Notes: a model not told the origin generated them from the sequence alone. A stretch of DNA of 64,000 bases from Dehalococcoidia bacterium (GCA_963665735.1 OY762444.1:3334673-3398672); one strand, 5' to 3'; numbered from the stretch's first letter, positions 25,504 through 35,598 are shown. Numbers and translations: made by a program.

Positions 25504-26094
25504 TCACTGATTTACGTAGTCCGGCGCGGCCAGCAATTCGTTCAGAGTCTCCCGCAGAGTCTCCGGCGGAATCGGGCCGACGTACTTGCGTTGAATTACC
25601 CCCCGACGGTCAACGAAGAACTTTTCCGGTATCCCCTTGACGCCGTAGTCTATGGCGATAACCCCGCCGGCGTCTATTCCGTTGGGGTAAGGAATATCAA
25701 ACGTCTCCAGGTACTGCCGGGCGTCGCCGGGCCTATCCCAGATGTTCACCCCGACGAACTCCACCGGCTGCCCGGCGTACTCCCGGTAAACCTGTGCCAG
25801 CGTCGGCGCCTCCTGGCGGCACGGAGCGCACCAGGACGCCCAGAAGTCCACCAGCACAACCTTTCCCGACAAGTCGGGCAGGGCCAGCGAACCGCTGCCC
25901 GAATCCCCGGCAGTCCCTTCCAATTGTAACCGGAAATCCGCCGCCTTGGACGGTTCCCACGCCACCCGGCCAAATTCCTGATTTACGCCCACCCCGGTGG
26001 GGCCGTCGCTGCCCAGGGAGGCCCACGCCAACAGCCCCAGCAGCCCCAAGACGGGCGCGGCAACCCCCAGCAAGACCCAACCCCTCAGACCCAC
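25504..26094 (-). CDS. TlpA/ResA/CcmG-like periplasmic thiol:disulfide oxidoreductase
   Basis: Has an N-terminal TM segment and the motif VLVDFWASWCAPCRQEAP. It lies at the end of the ccm block. Confidence 0.85.
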   Translation of the reverse strand: MGLRGWVLLGVAAPVLGLLGLLAWASLGSDGPTGVGVNQEFGRVAWEPSKAADFRLQLEGTAGDSGSGSLALPDLSGKVVLVDFWASWCAPCRQEAPTLAQVYREYAGQPVEFVGVNIWDRPGDARQYLETFDIPYPNGIDAGGVIAIDYGVKGIPEKFFVDRRGVIQRKYVGPIPPETLRETLNELLAAPDYVNQ

Positions 26095-26098
26095 GGCT

Positions 26099-27343
26099 TT
26101 AACCCTCTCGGTGGGTTTCCGGCGCGGGCTGGGCTGCGGCCAGCAGGTCTTTTTTCAGCGCGGCCCGGCGGGTCTGGTACTCGGATTCCGGCAGTTGCCC
26201 CTGCTGGAACTGGTGGTCCAGGGCCGCCACCTGTTCCACCAGCCGACGACATTCCGGGGTCAGCATGAGCTGCCGCTGCTCCGACGTCAGGCTGGACATC
26301 GGGTTGGCCGCCGCCGCGGGAATGTCTTGCCCGTCGGTGGCAGTCCGGGGACGCCGGGCCGCGCCGTACAGCAGCGCAATCGCCAGAGTCGCCCCCAGGG
26401 TTGCCGGAATGACCGCCAGCCACAAGCCCACGTCGGTTATCCGCCCCGTGAACCGCTGCCAAAGACTCGGTTGGGGCAAGTTGGACAAATCCAGCAGCAC
26501 CCCCTGGCCCGGCGGGATTTCCATCCGCTCCCATACGTTGAAAACCGCTCCATCAATTTCAATGGACGGGGCCGGTGTCAGACCGTTGACCCGTATGTTT
26601 CCCAGCCGGGCCGGCGTCATTACCCGGAAGGCGTCGGCCCCCTGGAGCAGGTTTTGGCGGTAGGACAGGGAGGTTCCGTCGTAGGGAAAGGCGAAACGGA
26701 AGGTGACGTTGTGGCGTCCCGGCTCCACCGGGGCGGTCAGGGCAAACCCGGTGCCTACCGGGATGATTTCGCCGCCCACCAGGTCGGTCTGAATGTCAAA
26801 ATCGGTGGCGCCGGGCGGCAGCGAAAACCGCAGAAAGCTGAACATTCCGGGGCCGGCGTTGGCCAGGTCGGGAACCAGCGTCCGGTCGCTTTCGTTGGTC
26901 AGCGTCACCAGTTCCACCGCCTCCATAACCCTGGCCGACTTTTCCACCTGGCCCAGAATCATCACGTGCTGCTGGACGGAAACAACCCCGATGTCCCGGG
27001 TAGATTCGTGCACCGTCAGCGTCAGGTCGTCGGGCCAATTTTCCGGGGCCGTCAGTTGGGAACCGTAACGGTGGCCGGCGTGTTCCACGGCCACGGCGAA
27101 AGCCTTATCGCCGCCGGCAAGGGACACGGGAAAAGAAAACGCTCCATCGGAATCAACCACGGCGGTTTGGGTGGTGACTCCCCCCGATTCCCGGTCAAAG
27201 GCGTGCAGAAAAACCTCCAGGCCGGGGGGCAGCGTCGCCCCCTCGGTGCCGTTGACCACCCGTCCGGCAAGAGTCGTTTCCTGCTGGGCCGACAGGACAC
27301 CGCCTCCGGCGAAAGCAGCGGACAGAACTACCGCGGCCATCAT
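26099..27343 (-). CDS. Hypothetical exported protein with a C-terminal TM helix and a short cytoplasmic helix (start uncertain)
   Basis: Signal-like MMAAVVLSAAFAGGG. The beta-rich body includes LAGRVVNGTEG... and the TM segment is VGLWLAVIPATLGATLAIALLYGAA. The tail is LDHQFQQGQLPESEYQTRRAALKKDLL. Confidence 0.55.
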   Translation of the reverse strand: MMAAVVLSAAFAGGGVLSAQQETTLAGRVVNGTEGATLPPGLEVFLHAFDRESGGVTTQTAVVDSDGAFSFPVSLAGGDKAFAVAVEHAGHRYGSQLTAPENWPDDLTLTVHESTRDIGVVSVQQHVMILGQVEKSARVMEAVELVTLTNESDRTLVPDLANAGPGMFSFLRFSLPPGATDFDIQTDLVGGEIIPVGTGFALTAPVEPGRHNVTFRFAFPYDGTSLSYRQNLLQGADAFRVMTPARLGNIRVNGLTPAPSIEIDGAVFNVWERMEIPPGQGVLLDLSNLPQPSLWQRFTGRITDVGLWLAVIPATLGATLAIALLYGAARRPRTATDGQDIPAAAANPMSSLTSEQRQLMLTPECRRLVEQVAALDHQFQQGQLPESEYQTRRAALKKDLLAAAQPAPETHREG

Positions 27344-27373
27344 AATCAGAAAGGGCCAAAACCCCCTCCCCAA

Positions 27374-27404
27374 CCCTCCCCCTCGTAGGGGGAGGGGGTT
27401 TTTT
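27374..27404. repeat. Family-D hairpin CCCTCCCCC-tcgta-GGGGGAGGG followed by GGTTTTTT
   Basis: Read directly. It sits between two minus-strand ccm-block genes. Confidence 0.6.
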
Positions 27405-27471
27405 CTGAACCACTCCACTTGCAGAAGAATGGGAGTTTTTTCCGTCGGAGAAAATAACCGCCTCACTCCCG

Positions 27472-27966
27472 TTACCCCTCCGCCGGGGTTTGGGGCAGGG
27501 CGGTGTCGCAGACCGGGCATTGGGTCAAGTCGGGATTCAGGGGAACGCCGCAGCCGTCGCAGGTCTGAAACGGGGGCGGAGGCCGGTAGGTGCGCCGGTT
27601 GGGACGCCTTCGCCGCAGACCGCCCCGGCGGAGGTTATGCACTTCCACCGCGATGTGCCATTCCAGGGAACGCTCAACCGACTGGGACGCAGCCAGCGAT
27701 TGCCGTTGCATCACCCGCGCCATCTGCACCCGGTAATCGTTCCATTGCTCCCGGTACAGTCCTTCGGGGATGTTGCCCAACTGGAACTCCAACTCCAGGG
27801 TGCGGATTGCATCCTGTATGGAATCCAGGGTTGGGTCATTTTCCGGTTCTCGTGACGGTATAGGACGCAGGTAAACCCTCGCTGCCCGCGGACGGGATGC
27901 CAGGAAGGGATAAATTACTACCCCGATGCTGAGCAGGGCCAGGGCTATCCCGATGAAAATAGCCAT
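27472..27966 (-). CDS. Membrane-anchored protein with a CcmI-like helix and a C-terminal zinc ribbon
   Basis: Starts MAIFIGIALALLSIGVVIYPFL and contains LELEFQLGNIPEGLYREQWNDYR and CDGCG...CPVCD. Confidence 0.55.
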   Translation of the reverse strand: MAIFIGIALALLSIGVVIYPFLASRPRAARVYLRPIPSREPENDPTLDSIQDAIRTLELEFQLGNIPEGLYREQWNDYRVQMARVMQRQSLAASQSVERSLEWHIAVEVHNLRRGGLRRRRPNRRTYRPPPPFQTCDGCGVPLNPDLTQCPVCDTALPQTPAEG

Positions 27967-27972
27967 GACAGT

Positions 27973-30009
27973 CTAGGCCCGGCCCGGTTCGGAAAACCCG
28001 CCGCCCGGCGATTCAACAGTTTGTGCGCCGGCGTCTCTGGCCCGCGCCGGCCTGGTTGCCGGCGATGGAACCGACAGGGACGGTTGCGGCCACAAAGCCA
28101 CCAGCGTTCCCAGAATCAGCACCGGCCCGGCGGCCCACATCCACCAGGTCATCGGGTTGACCAGGATGCGGAAACCCACCGCACCGTTGGACAGGTTTTC
28201 GCTGGGAACCACGTAGAAGTCCTCCACCGGCGTGGAACGAATGGCGGCGCGGGTAGAGGCCATGTCGAAGGAAGGATAGAAGGCCCGCTCGGCAGTCATG
28301 GTTTCCAGGAACTGCCCATCCCGGTACAGCCGCACCACCGAATCAAACTCGGTGCGGTCGGGGAACTGGGTCGCTACTGTGCCGACGTATTCCAGCCGGT
28401 AGTTGCGGACTTCCACGCTTTCGCCGGGGGACAGCACCACGTCGCGCTGCACGTTGAAAAATGACGTTCCCAGCACCCCCAAAGCAACCATCACCACCGC
28501 CAGGTGGACCACGTAACCGCCGTAACGGGGCCGGTTGGCCGCTATCAAACGGAACAGCGCCACCGGGTAAATCTCCCCCACGCTCCGCCGGCGCGACAGC
28601 ATCCCCCGCCACCATTCCAGGAAGATTCCCGCCGCCACCATAGCGCACAGCCCGAAACCCAGCAGCGGATAGGGCTGGCGCATTCCCACGGCCAGCAGCA
28701 GCGCAATCACCACCCCGGCGGCGACGGACGGCCATAACAAGGCGCGGCGCAGGGATGACCAAGTTGCCTGGCGCCAAGGGAGCAGCGGCCCGACGCCCAT
28801 CAGGAACACCAGGGCCAGCATCAGCGGCCCGTTCACCTGGTCATAGAAGGGCCGGGCTACGGTAATTTCCTGCCCCGACGCCGCGCGGGAAAGCAGCGGA
28901 TAGACCGTCCCCCACAGGGTAACGAAAGCCACCCCCAGCAGCAGCAGGTTGTTGACCAGGAAGGCCGCCTCCCGCGACAGCATGGAATCCAGGTTTTGCG
29001 CGCTCCGCAACAGGTTGAACCGCCAGAAAAAGACGGCGAAAGGCACGATGGTTCCCACCGCCAAGAACAGCAGGAACACCCAGCCCAGCGTTGACGCTCC
29101 GAAGGAATGTACCGACGGCACCGGCCCGCCCCGGTTCATAAACATCCCGTACAGGGCCAGCGAAAAGGCTGCGTTAATCAGCACGATGTTCCACATTCGG
29201 AACATTCCCCGCCGTTTCTGCACCATGATGGAATGGACGAAGGCGGTCAGGGCGAGCCAAGGCATAAAAGCGGCGTTTTCCACCGGATCCCAGAACCAGA
29301 ACCCGCCCCAGCCCAAAATGGTGTAGGCCCACCAGGAACCCAGCAGCAGACCCGCCGCCAGCAAGACCCAGGTGATGATTCCCCAGACCCGCCCGGTGTC
29401 CACCCATTGGTCCCGGGTTTGGCCGGCCAGGATTGCGCCCAAGGCGAAGGCGAAGGGTATGGTTATGCCGATAAGTCCGGCCATCAACGCCGGCGGATGG
29501 AAGAACATCCCGAAATGCGTCAGCAGCGGGTTAATCCCCTGCCCGTCCGGGGGAACGATGGACAGCTTGGCGAAGGGGTTGGCCATGAAGGCCATGACTG
29601 CCAGAAAGAAGGTCTGCACCAGCATCATGGCGGCGGCGGTGTAGGGCAGGCTTGGCCCCAGCCGGGCCGGGGCGCGCCACAGGGCAATCGCCGCCATGAC
29701 CGACAGCACAAAGGCGATATACAACAATGAGCCTTCGTTGCCGGAATAAAACGCTACCCAGGTGAATATGTCCGGCATGGCCCGGTTGCTGTGGGCGGCG
29801 ACGTAGGCCAGATCAAAGTCCCGGTTGATGAAAGCCGCCACCAGGCTGAGGGTGGCGACCAGCAGAACTACCGGCAGCAGGTAAACCGCCCGGCGGGCGC
29901 TGACCACCAGTTGCGGGCTGTCCCGCAGCCGCCCCGCCACCGAGCCGAGGCAGGCGTAGGTGGACAGGGCCAAGCCAATCCAGAGCGTAACCGCTCCCAA
30001 GTCGCCCAT
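27973..30009 (-). CDS. ccmF: Cytochrome c-type biogenesis heme lyase CcmF
   Basis: 678 aa and polytopic, with the WWD motif LGWGGFWFWDPVENAAFMPWL. Confidence 0.92.
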   Translation of the reverse strand: MGDLGAVTLWIGLALSTYACLGSVAGRLRDSPQLVVSARRAVYLLPVVLLVATLSLVAAFINRDFDLAYVAAHSNRAMPDIFTWVAFYSGNEGSLLYIAFVLSVMAAIALWRAPARLGPSLPYTAAAMMLVQTFFLAVMAFMANPFAKLSIVPPDGQGINPLLTHFGMFFHPPALMAGLIGITIPFAFALGAILAGQTRDQWVDTGRVWGIITWVLLAAGLLLGSWWAYTILGWGGFWFWDPVENAAFMPWLALTAFVHSIMVQKRRGMFRMWNIVLINAAFSLALYGMFMNRGGPVPSVHSFGASTLGWVFLLFLAVGTIVPFAVFFWRFNLLRSAQNLDSMLSREAAFLVNNLLLLGVAFVTLWGTVYPLLSRAASGQEITVARPFYDQVNGPLMLALVFLMGVGPLLPWRQATWSSLRRALLWPSVAAGVVIALLLAVGMRQPYPLLGFGLCAMVAAGIFLEWWRGMLSRRRSVGEIYPVALFRLIAANRPRYGGYVVHLAVVMVALGVLGTSFFNVQRDVVLSPGESVEVRNYRLEYVGTVATQFPDRTEFDSVVRLYRDGQFLETMTAERAFYPSFDMASTRAAIRSTPVEDFYVVPSENLSNGAVGFRILVNPMTWWMWAAGPVLILGTLVALWPQPSLSVPSPATRPARARDAGAQTVESPGGGFSEPGRA

Positions 30010-30011
30010 GA

Positions 30012-30740
30012 CTACGATTCCGTCGGGGGTTGGCGGTTCGTTTCCCGGGGCGGGCCGGACTCCCCGGCAAACGGCCCGGAAGCGCCGGAAATCTGCCGGT
30101 CAGCCATTTCCAGGTAGGGGTGCAACGACGGGTCTGCGTTGCCAACAGAGTCAACCGACGGCAAAGAATCCGGCCCCGAATCGGTCAATCCGTCAACCGA
30201 TGTCTGGCTCGAAGAACGGGTCATCGCCCGCAAAGCCAGCAGCCCCGCGGCCAACGCGACCAAGACGCCAACCACCGGAACGCCCCACGCCAGCAGGTTG
30301 AAACCCGACTTGGGCGGCGCGGCTATCACCGCCTGGCCGTACCGCTCCGCAAAAAAGTCCAGGATTTCCTGGCGGGTTTCGCCGGCGGCCAGCTTATCCC
30401 GCACTATCTGGCGCATCTGCTTTGCCAGCGGCACCTGCGCCTGGTCTATCGTCTCGGCGGGGCAAACCGGACACATCAGCATCCCGTCAATGGCCTGCGC
30501 CTCCGCCTCATCGTAACTTCCGGTTGCGTCAGCCGGCGCTACAACCCCCGACGGCGGGTCTGCGGCGTTAGCGGCAGTCTGCCCGCAGGCCAGCCCTCCA
30601 ACCATCAACAAGACGCCAAACGACAAGAAAAGAGCAAACAATCTCCCCGCTCTCTGCGTCTCCGTGGTGAAACAACCCGTTGACCCAGAGCCACGGAAAG
30701 AGCGGGAGATACGCCGAGGGGTTTTTGTTGCAGCAGCCAC
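30012..30740 (-). CDS. ccmH: Cytochrome c-type biogenesis protein CcmH
   Basis: Contains LMCPVCPAETIDQAQVPLAKQMRQIVRDKLAAGETRQEILDFFAERYG followed by a TM helix. Confidence 0.8.
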   Translation of the reverse strand: MAAATKTPRRISRSFRGSGSTGCFTTETQRAGRLFALFLSFGVLLMVGGLACGQTAANAADPPSGVVAPADATGSYDEAEAQAIDGMLMCPVCPAETIDQAQVPLAKQMRQIVRDKLAAGETRQEILDFFAERYGQAVIAAPPKSGFNLLAWGVPVVGVLVALAAGLLALRAMTRSSSQTSVDGLTDSGPDSLPSVDSVGNADPSLHPYLEMADRQISGASGPFAGESGPPRETNRQPPTES

Positions 30741-30761
30741 GTTGCCCCGCCGGGGATACGG

Positions 30762-31361
30762 CTAGGGACAGGCTGACGGGTCCGCCCCTTGGAGACAGTT
30801 AACCACGTACTCGGAGGCGACGCGCATCTCGTCTTCGGTCAGCAGCTTGGAAAAGCTGGGCATTACCACCAACCCGCCGGCCACCAGGTTTTGTATCCCG
30901 TCCACGCCCAACTCAACCACCACCGGGTCGGTCAGGTCGGCCGGCAGCGCCGGGGTATAGCCGTAATCGTCAATCATCCGTTGCAGCACCGGGCCGTCTC
31001 CCCGTCCAGCGACGCCGTGACACATGGCACAGTTAACGTCAAAAAGGTTCTGCCCCACGTGGGCAACGCCGGCCGTGGATTGAGGCGGCGGATACCACGC
31101 TACGGCGGTGTCCGGCACGCTCAGCCGGGGCGGTTCATGCGCCTTGTACGACTGCTGGTAGTGCATTTCGTAAAAGATGTCCAGCGGATACGCGCCCTGG
31201 GCGCACCCCACGGTCAGCAGCAGCGCGAACAGCAGGGCCAAGCCCAGCAGTCCCCGGCGGAACGGGAACCGACTGGCTGGCGACGATTCAATTTTGGGAA
31301 AGACTTTTTTCATCATGTCAAAGACGGTTGTTGCGGTTTCACCTGGCGGGAATGCGGGCAT
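30762..31361 (-). CDS. actE: Monoheme cytochrome c, ActE-like subunit of Alternative Complex III (start may be ATG 31316)
   Basis: Has a lipobox (LLTVGC), a single CAMCHG heme site and a distal Met region. Confidence 0.75.
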   Translation of the reverse strand: MPAFPPGETATTVFDMMKKVFPKIESSPASRFPFRRGLLGLALLFALLLTVGCAQGAYPLDIFYEMHYQQSYKAHEPPRLSVPDTAVAWYPPPQSTAGVAHVGQNLFDVNCAMCHGVAGRGDGPVLQRMIDDYGYTPALPADLTDPVVVELGVDGIQNLVAGGLVVMPSFSKLLTEDEMRVASEYVVNCLQGADPSACP

Positions 31362-31366
31362 GGGCG

Positions 31367-31882
31367 TCAGGCCGGGCTTTCCCGCTTGATGTCCACCGCC
31401 CCGGCTTGGTTCAGCACGTTGGCAACCTGGTCGTGTTCGGATTCTTCCGCCTGCACCAGCACCCCGATATGGCCGTCGGTGATGCGGGTATCGTACAGCC
31501 CCATCTTGAACTTGGGCAGCCGCGACTCGAAGATTATCCCCAGCACCGTGAACAGGATGGCCCCCAGCATCGTCCCTTCATAGCTGACCACCGCCATCGG
31601 GGGCAGGGACAGAATCGGCTTGCCACCCGTCACCAACGGGTAGGCCACCTGGGTCATGGAAGTCAGCAGGACGCCCGAAGTCAGCCCCAGCAGTCCCCCG
31701 ATGAAGGGGAACAGGTACAGCCGGTGTTTCTCTTCCCGCTCCCCGAAAGCCCCTTCGGGATAGGGAGCGTCGGTCAGGAAATCGAAGTCCGTTTCCTCAA
31801 CGCCGGATGACCGGAGTCCGTCGCCGGCGTCGGCTGCGGCGTTGGGGTCGGTGAACAGTCCCAGAATCGGGCGTTTAGCCAT
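31367..31882 (-). CDS. actD: DUF3341 protein, ActD-like subunit of Alternative Complex III
   Basis: Starts MAKRPILGLFTDPNAAADAGDGLRSSG... and has TM helices in the middle. Position is immediately after the ActC-like gene. Confidence 0.75.
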   Translation of the reverse strand: MAKRPILGLFTDPNAAADAGDGLRSSGVEETDFDFLTDAPYPEGAFGEREEKHRLYLFPFIGGLLGLTSGVLLTSMTQVAYPLVTGGKPILSLPPMAVVSYEGTMLGAILFTVLGIIFESRLPKFKMGLYDTRITDGHIGVLVQAEESEHDQVANVLNQAGAVDIKRESPA

Positions 31883-31907
31883 GACTTACCTCGGTCAACG
31901 ATTAGGT

Positions 31908-33323
31908 CTAATCTTCCCGGAAGGTGGCGGGAACGGTGCGCCGCCCCACCTGCACTTCCGTGCGGAGGAACTCGCCCTCCTTGATGTCATATAACGGCAC
32001 TAACGGGAACACCCGGCTGAACAGCAGCATCAACATGGTCACGAAGGCAAAAGTGGCCCCCACAATCAGCGCCTCGGCCGGCGAAGGAACGTAACTGGCC
32101 CAAGTGAAACTGAACAGGCTCCGGTTAGCCAGCCCCGGCACGATGATTATATACCGTTCCAGCCACATCCCGATATTCACCGATATACAGGCCGCCGACA
32201 TAATCCACAAATTGCGCCGGGCCCAGCGGGTCAGCCACAGGGCCACCGGGATAAAGTAGGTAGTCACCACGAAAACAATTGTCCAGCCGCTCATCGGCCA
32301 CTGGTAGAACTGGAAATCCCGGACGGCGATTTCGTCGGCCTCCCGCCCGTAAATCCCGAAAATAACTTCCATCACGAAGAAGTAGAACCAGCCAGTCGCC
32401 ACCACCACCAGCAGCCGGCCCAGGGCGTCAATGTGTTCGTGGCGGATGTAGTCCTGCCAGCCGTAGATGTGCCGCAGGATAATCATTACGAAGGCCACGG
32501 CGGAGACGCCGGAGTGCACCGCGCCCACCACGAAGTAGGGGGCGAAGATGGTCGAGTGCCACGACTTGACCGCCACCGCCATGCCGAAGTCCCAGGACAC
32601 GATGGAATGTACCGACACGAACACCGGCAGAATCAGCGCCGACAGCAGCACCCCGGCGATGATTTGCAGCTTCCACTGCCGGGGGTTGCCCTCCCAGCCC
32701 AAGGCCAGGAAGCGATAGGCGGCGTGGAAAATCTGGTCAGTGGACGACGGGTGCTCGCTGTTCGCCACCTTGTCGGCGTAGCGGTCGCGCAGCACGGCGA
32801 AGTCGGGAACCAGCGCAATCAGCACAAACAACGTGCTGGAAGTCAGGTAGGTCAGAATGGCCGACGGGTCCCAGACCAGCGGGGTGCGGATGTTCGGCCA
32901 GATGCCCCGCGCAAAGTCGTAGGGGAAGGCCCAATACAGGATGCGCCACGGCCGGCCCGTATGGATGATGGGCATAATCATGGCCGTCATCAGGGAAAAG
33001 ATGGTCAAGACCTCGGCGGCGCGAGTGGCAGGGCGGCGCCATTCCGCCTTGGCCAGCCGCAGAATGGCCGACAGCATCACCCCGGCGTGGGAAATGCCAA
33101 TCCAGAACACGAAGTTGGTGATAAAGAACCCCCAGACGATAGGGCGGTTCAATCCGGTAATGCCCAGGCCCCGGTCAATCATAATGCCGATGGTGATGGC
33201 GGCGGCCAGCACGATGGTAGCCAGAAAGCCGACCACGGGCCAGAACCACCGGGGCGTCTCCATGATGGAGTTGAGCAAGTCCCGGTTTATTTCGGTGGGA
33301 GTTAGGGCTCTACCTTCCTGCAT
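31908..33323 (-). CDS. actC: NrfD/PsrC-like polytopic quinol-interacting subunit, best fit ActC
   Basis: 471 aa containing GLNRPIVWGFFITNFVFWIGISHAGVMLSAILRLAKAEWRRPATRAAEVLTIF...PIIHTGRPW, which matches my recollection of the ActC N-terminal region. Confidence 0.8.
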   Translation of the reverse strand: MQEGRALTPTEINRDLLNSIMETPRWFWPVVGFLATIVLAAAITIGIMIDRGLGITGLNRPIVWGFFITNFVFWIGISHAGVMLSAILRLAKAEWRRPATRAAEVLTIFSLMTAMIMPIIHTGRPWRILYWAFPYDFARGIWPNIRTPLVWDPSAILTYLTSSTLFVLIALVPDFAVLRDRYADKVANSEHPSSTDQIFHAAYRFLALGWEGNPRQWKLQIIAGVLLSALILPVFVSVHSIVSWDFGMAVAVKSWHSTIFAPYFVVGAVHSGVSAVAFVMIILRHIYGWQDYIRHEHIDALGRLLVVVATGWFYFFVMEVIFGIYGREADEIAVRDFQFYQWPMSGWTIVFVVTTYFIPVALWLTRWARRNLWIMSAACISVNIGMWLERYIIIVPGLANRSLFSFTWASYVPSPAEALIVGATFAFVTMLMLLFSRVFPLVPLYDIKEGEFLRTEVQVGRRTVPATFRED

Positions 33324-33392
33324 CGCAGGCGACCCCCGTAAAAATCCGCGTTGGCGGGAATGATAGCCGCATTGTTGGATTGCCCATTAGAT

Positions 33393-34817
33393 TCATTCCG
33401 GCTTGGCCAGCACCAGGTACTCGCCCCGGAACAGCGGGCGTTTGTCCTGGTACATGGCCCCTTCCTTGACTTCCCACACCGAAATGAGGGGGAACAGCCT
33501 GGCCGCGGCCAGGAACACCAGGGCCGCCATGCCGACGCCGCCCACCACCATGAAAACGTCCCACAAGTCCGGGAACACCGGCGGCGGAACGCTGGTCATG
33601 CCCAGGGCGTAAATGTCCCCGGCGTTGAAGGCGGCGACGAACATCCGCAGTTGGAACAGCAGGTTGCCGCAAAGGATGGACAACCCGGCCAGCGTCGGCC
33701 CCCAGTCCGACTTGCGGAGCGGATTCCAGATAAGCATGAAGAAGGGCAGGAAGAAAATCAGGATGACGTTGGCCCAGAAAATCCCGGTATAGGACTCGAA
33801 AATCAGGTATCTAATGAGGTTCTGCTCGGTTTCCAGCCGCCCGTACCACATGGTTATGAAAAAGGCGAACAGGTGGTACGTCCACAGCAGGGTCAGGCCC
33901 AACTGCACCTTGCTGGCCGACCAGAAGGGCGACAAGCCGATGTAATTGGAGTAGCCGCCCCGCCGGCGCAGGATGAAAGCGATAATCAGCGTCAGGGATA
34001 TGGCCGACTGGAACCCGGTCACGGTGTAAAGCGGCGGCAGAATCGAGTCCTTCCAGCCGGGAATGAGCGACATAGCGAAGTCGGAAACGATGAGGAACTG
34101 GACGAAAATCAGCATCATAAAGTACAGCCCGCCCAGGTAAGCCAGGCTGACCTTCTGCCGGTGCCACTGCCGCTTGGTGCCGTACCAGTGGCCGGCCAGT
34201 TTCCGGTACAGCGCGCCGCGGAATCCCGTCGCCGTGTGCCGGGCCTCGGCCATGTCGGGCAGCGCCGACAGCCACAGCAGGGCCAAGGCCGCCACCGCCA
34301 GGCACACAATCCCCAGGAAATTCCACAAATGCGGCGCGCCAAATGGCACTTCCATCCAGATGGAACGGCGGATGACCAATTCCCCGTGGGAATCCGGGCC
34401 GAAGTTGGGGTTGCTGATGGGCGGCAGGATGTAAATTAACGGAATATAAAGGATGACGTTGAGGACGCCGCACAGGGCGAAAAGTTCGGCGATGCGGGAA
34501 ACCGGACGACGCCAGTGGTTCTTGGTAATGCGGAAGGCGACGGCGAACAGGGGCGCAGAGCTGGTTACCAGGAAAATGAAGGAAAAGACGGCGACGTAGT
34601 AGCCCCAGGCCGAGTAGTTGCCGAAGCCGTCCGTCACCCAGCGCATGACGAAACCGACCACCGCCAGCACGGCCAGCGCCTCCGCCGCCAGAGTGACCAA
34701 CCGCAAGGCGCGGGAACTGGACTGAGCCTTTTCGGCCACGTCCCGGGTGACCTGCCCCTTGTCGGGCAGCACCCACATATCGGCGGGGTAATGGGCCGGT
34801 TCAGAGTGGCTAGACAT
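33393..34817 (-). CDS. actF: Second NrfD-like polytopic membrane subunit (ActF-like)
   Basis: 474 aa with about 10 TM segments. It overlaps the FeS subunit gene by 8 nt. Confidence 0.7.
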   Translation of the reverse strand: MSSHSEPAHYPADMWVLPDKGQVTRDVAEKAQSSSRALRLVTLAAEALAVLAVVGFVMRWVTDGFGNYSAWGYYVAVFSFIFLVTSSAPLFAVAFRITKNHWRRPVSRIAELFALCGVLNVILYIPLIYILPPISNPNFGPDSHGELVIRRSIWMEVPFGAPHLWNFLGIVCLAVAALALLWLSALPDMAEARHTATGFRGALYRKLAGHWYGTKRQWHRQKVSLAYLGGLYFMMLIFVQFLIVSDFAMSLIPGWKDSILPPLYTVTGFQSAISLTLIIAFILRRRGGYSNYIGLSPFWSASKVQLGLTLLWTYHLFAFFITMWYGRLETEQNLIRYLIFESYTGIFWANVILIFFLPFFMLIWNPLRKSDWGPTLAGLSILCGNLLFQLRMFVAAFNAGDIYALGMTSVPPPVFPDLWDVFMVVGGVGMAALVFLAAARLFPLISVWEVKEGAMYQDKRPLFRGEYLVLAKPE

Positions 34818-35598
34818 TGGTATTCTTTTCCAGCGGGAATTGGTCTATCTGCTTCAGGTAGATAATGCTGGGGCGGGTCGCGCCCTCTTCCATCAGGCGG
34901 TAGCCGCGGGTTTCCCGTTCATATTCGTGGTGAATATCGTGGGTATTCACGTCGTCAAAGTAGGGACGAATATGGGAGTTGGCGTCGTTCTGGTCGCCGA
35001 AAGTCAGGGCGTTGGTGGGGCAAGCCTGCACGCAAGCCGGAGCGTAGTTGCCCTCCAGCAGTTTCTGGTCGTCAAGGCGTTGGCCCCCGGCCCGTTCCAC
35101 CTGAAGTTCCCCGCGCCGGAGTCGCTGGACGCAGAAGGTGCATTTTTCGGTGATGCCCCGGGTGCGCACGGTAACGTCCGGGTTTAGCTGGTTCTCCATG
35201 CGGTCCGGCCAGTGGGGATGCCAGAAGTTGAAGAACCGGGCCTGGTAAGGGCAGTTGTTGATGCAGTAGCGGGTGCCGACGCAGCGGTTATACACCTGGA
35301 CGTTGAGGCCCTGGTCGTTGTGGTAGGTGGCGTAAACCGGGCAAACAGGCTCACAGGGGGCGTTTTCGCAGTGCTGGCAGAGGACGGGGATAAAGCGGGC
35401 TTTGACGTTGGGGTATTGGCCTTGCCAGTAGCGTTCGATGCGGATCCAGGAGTAGGTACGGCGTTGGAGGAAGAGGTCTTTGGTGTTGATGGGGAGGTTG
35501 TTTTCGGCCTGGCAAGCGACGACGCAACCGTTGCAGCCGGTGCAGCGGTCCAAGTCAACGACCATGCCCCATTTGTGGTCTATGCGGTTAGTAACCAT
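34810..35598 (-). CDS. actB: 4Fe-4S ferredoxin-type iron-sulfur subunit (ActB2 module encoded separately)
   Basis: Cys clusters are CTGCNGCVVACQAENN, CQHCENAPCEPVCP, CVGTRYCINNCP, CTFC and CVQACP. Confidence 0.85.
   Translation of the reverse strand: MVTNRIDHKWGMVVDLDRCTGCNGCVVACQAENNLPINTKDLFLQRRTYSWIRIERYWQGQYPNVKARFIPVLCQHCENAPCEPVCPVYATYHNDQGLNVQVYNRCVGTRYCINNCPYQARFFNFWHPHWPDRMENQLNPDVTVRTRGITEKCTFCVQRLRRGELQVERAGGQRLDDQKLLEGNYAPACVQACPTNALTFGDQNDANSHIRPYFDDVNTHDIHHEYERETRGYRLMEEGATRPSIIYLKQIDQFPLEKNTNV

Noticed and set aside
27374-27404. Rho-independent terminator on the plus strand (GC stem plus TTTTTT)
   Set aside because: No plus-strand gene ends here, and the surrounding genes are minus-strand members of the ccm block. 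The hairpin belongs to the C-tract/G-tract repeat family seen at 13049 and 51041.
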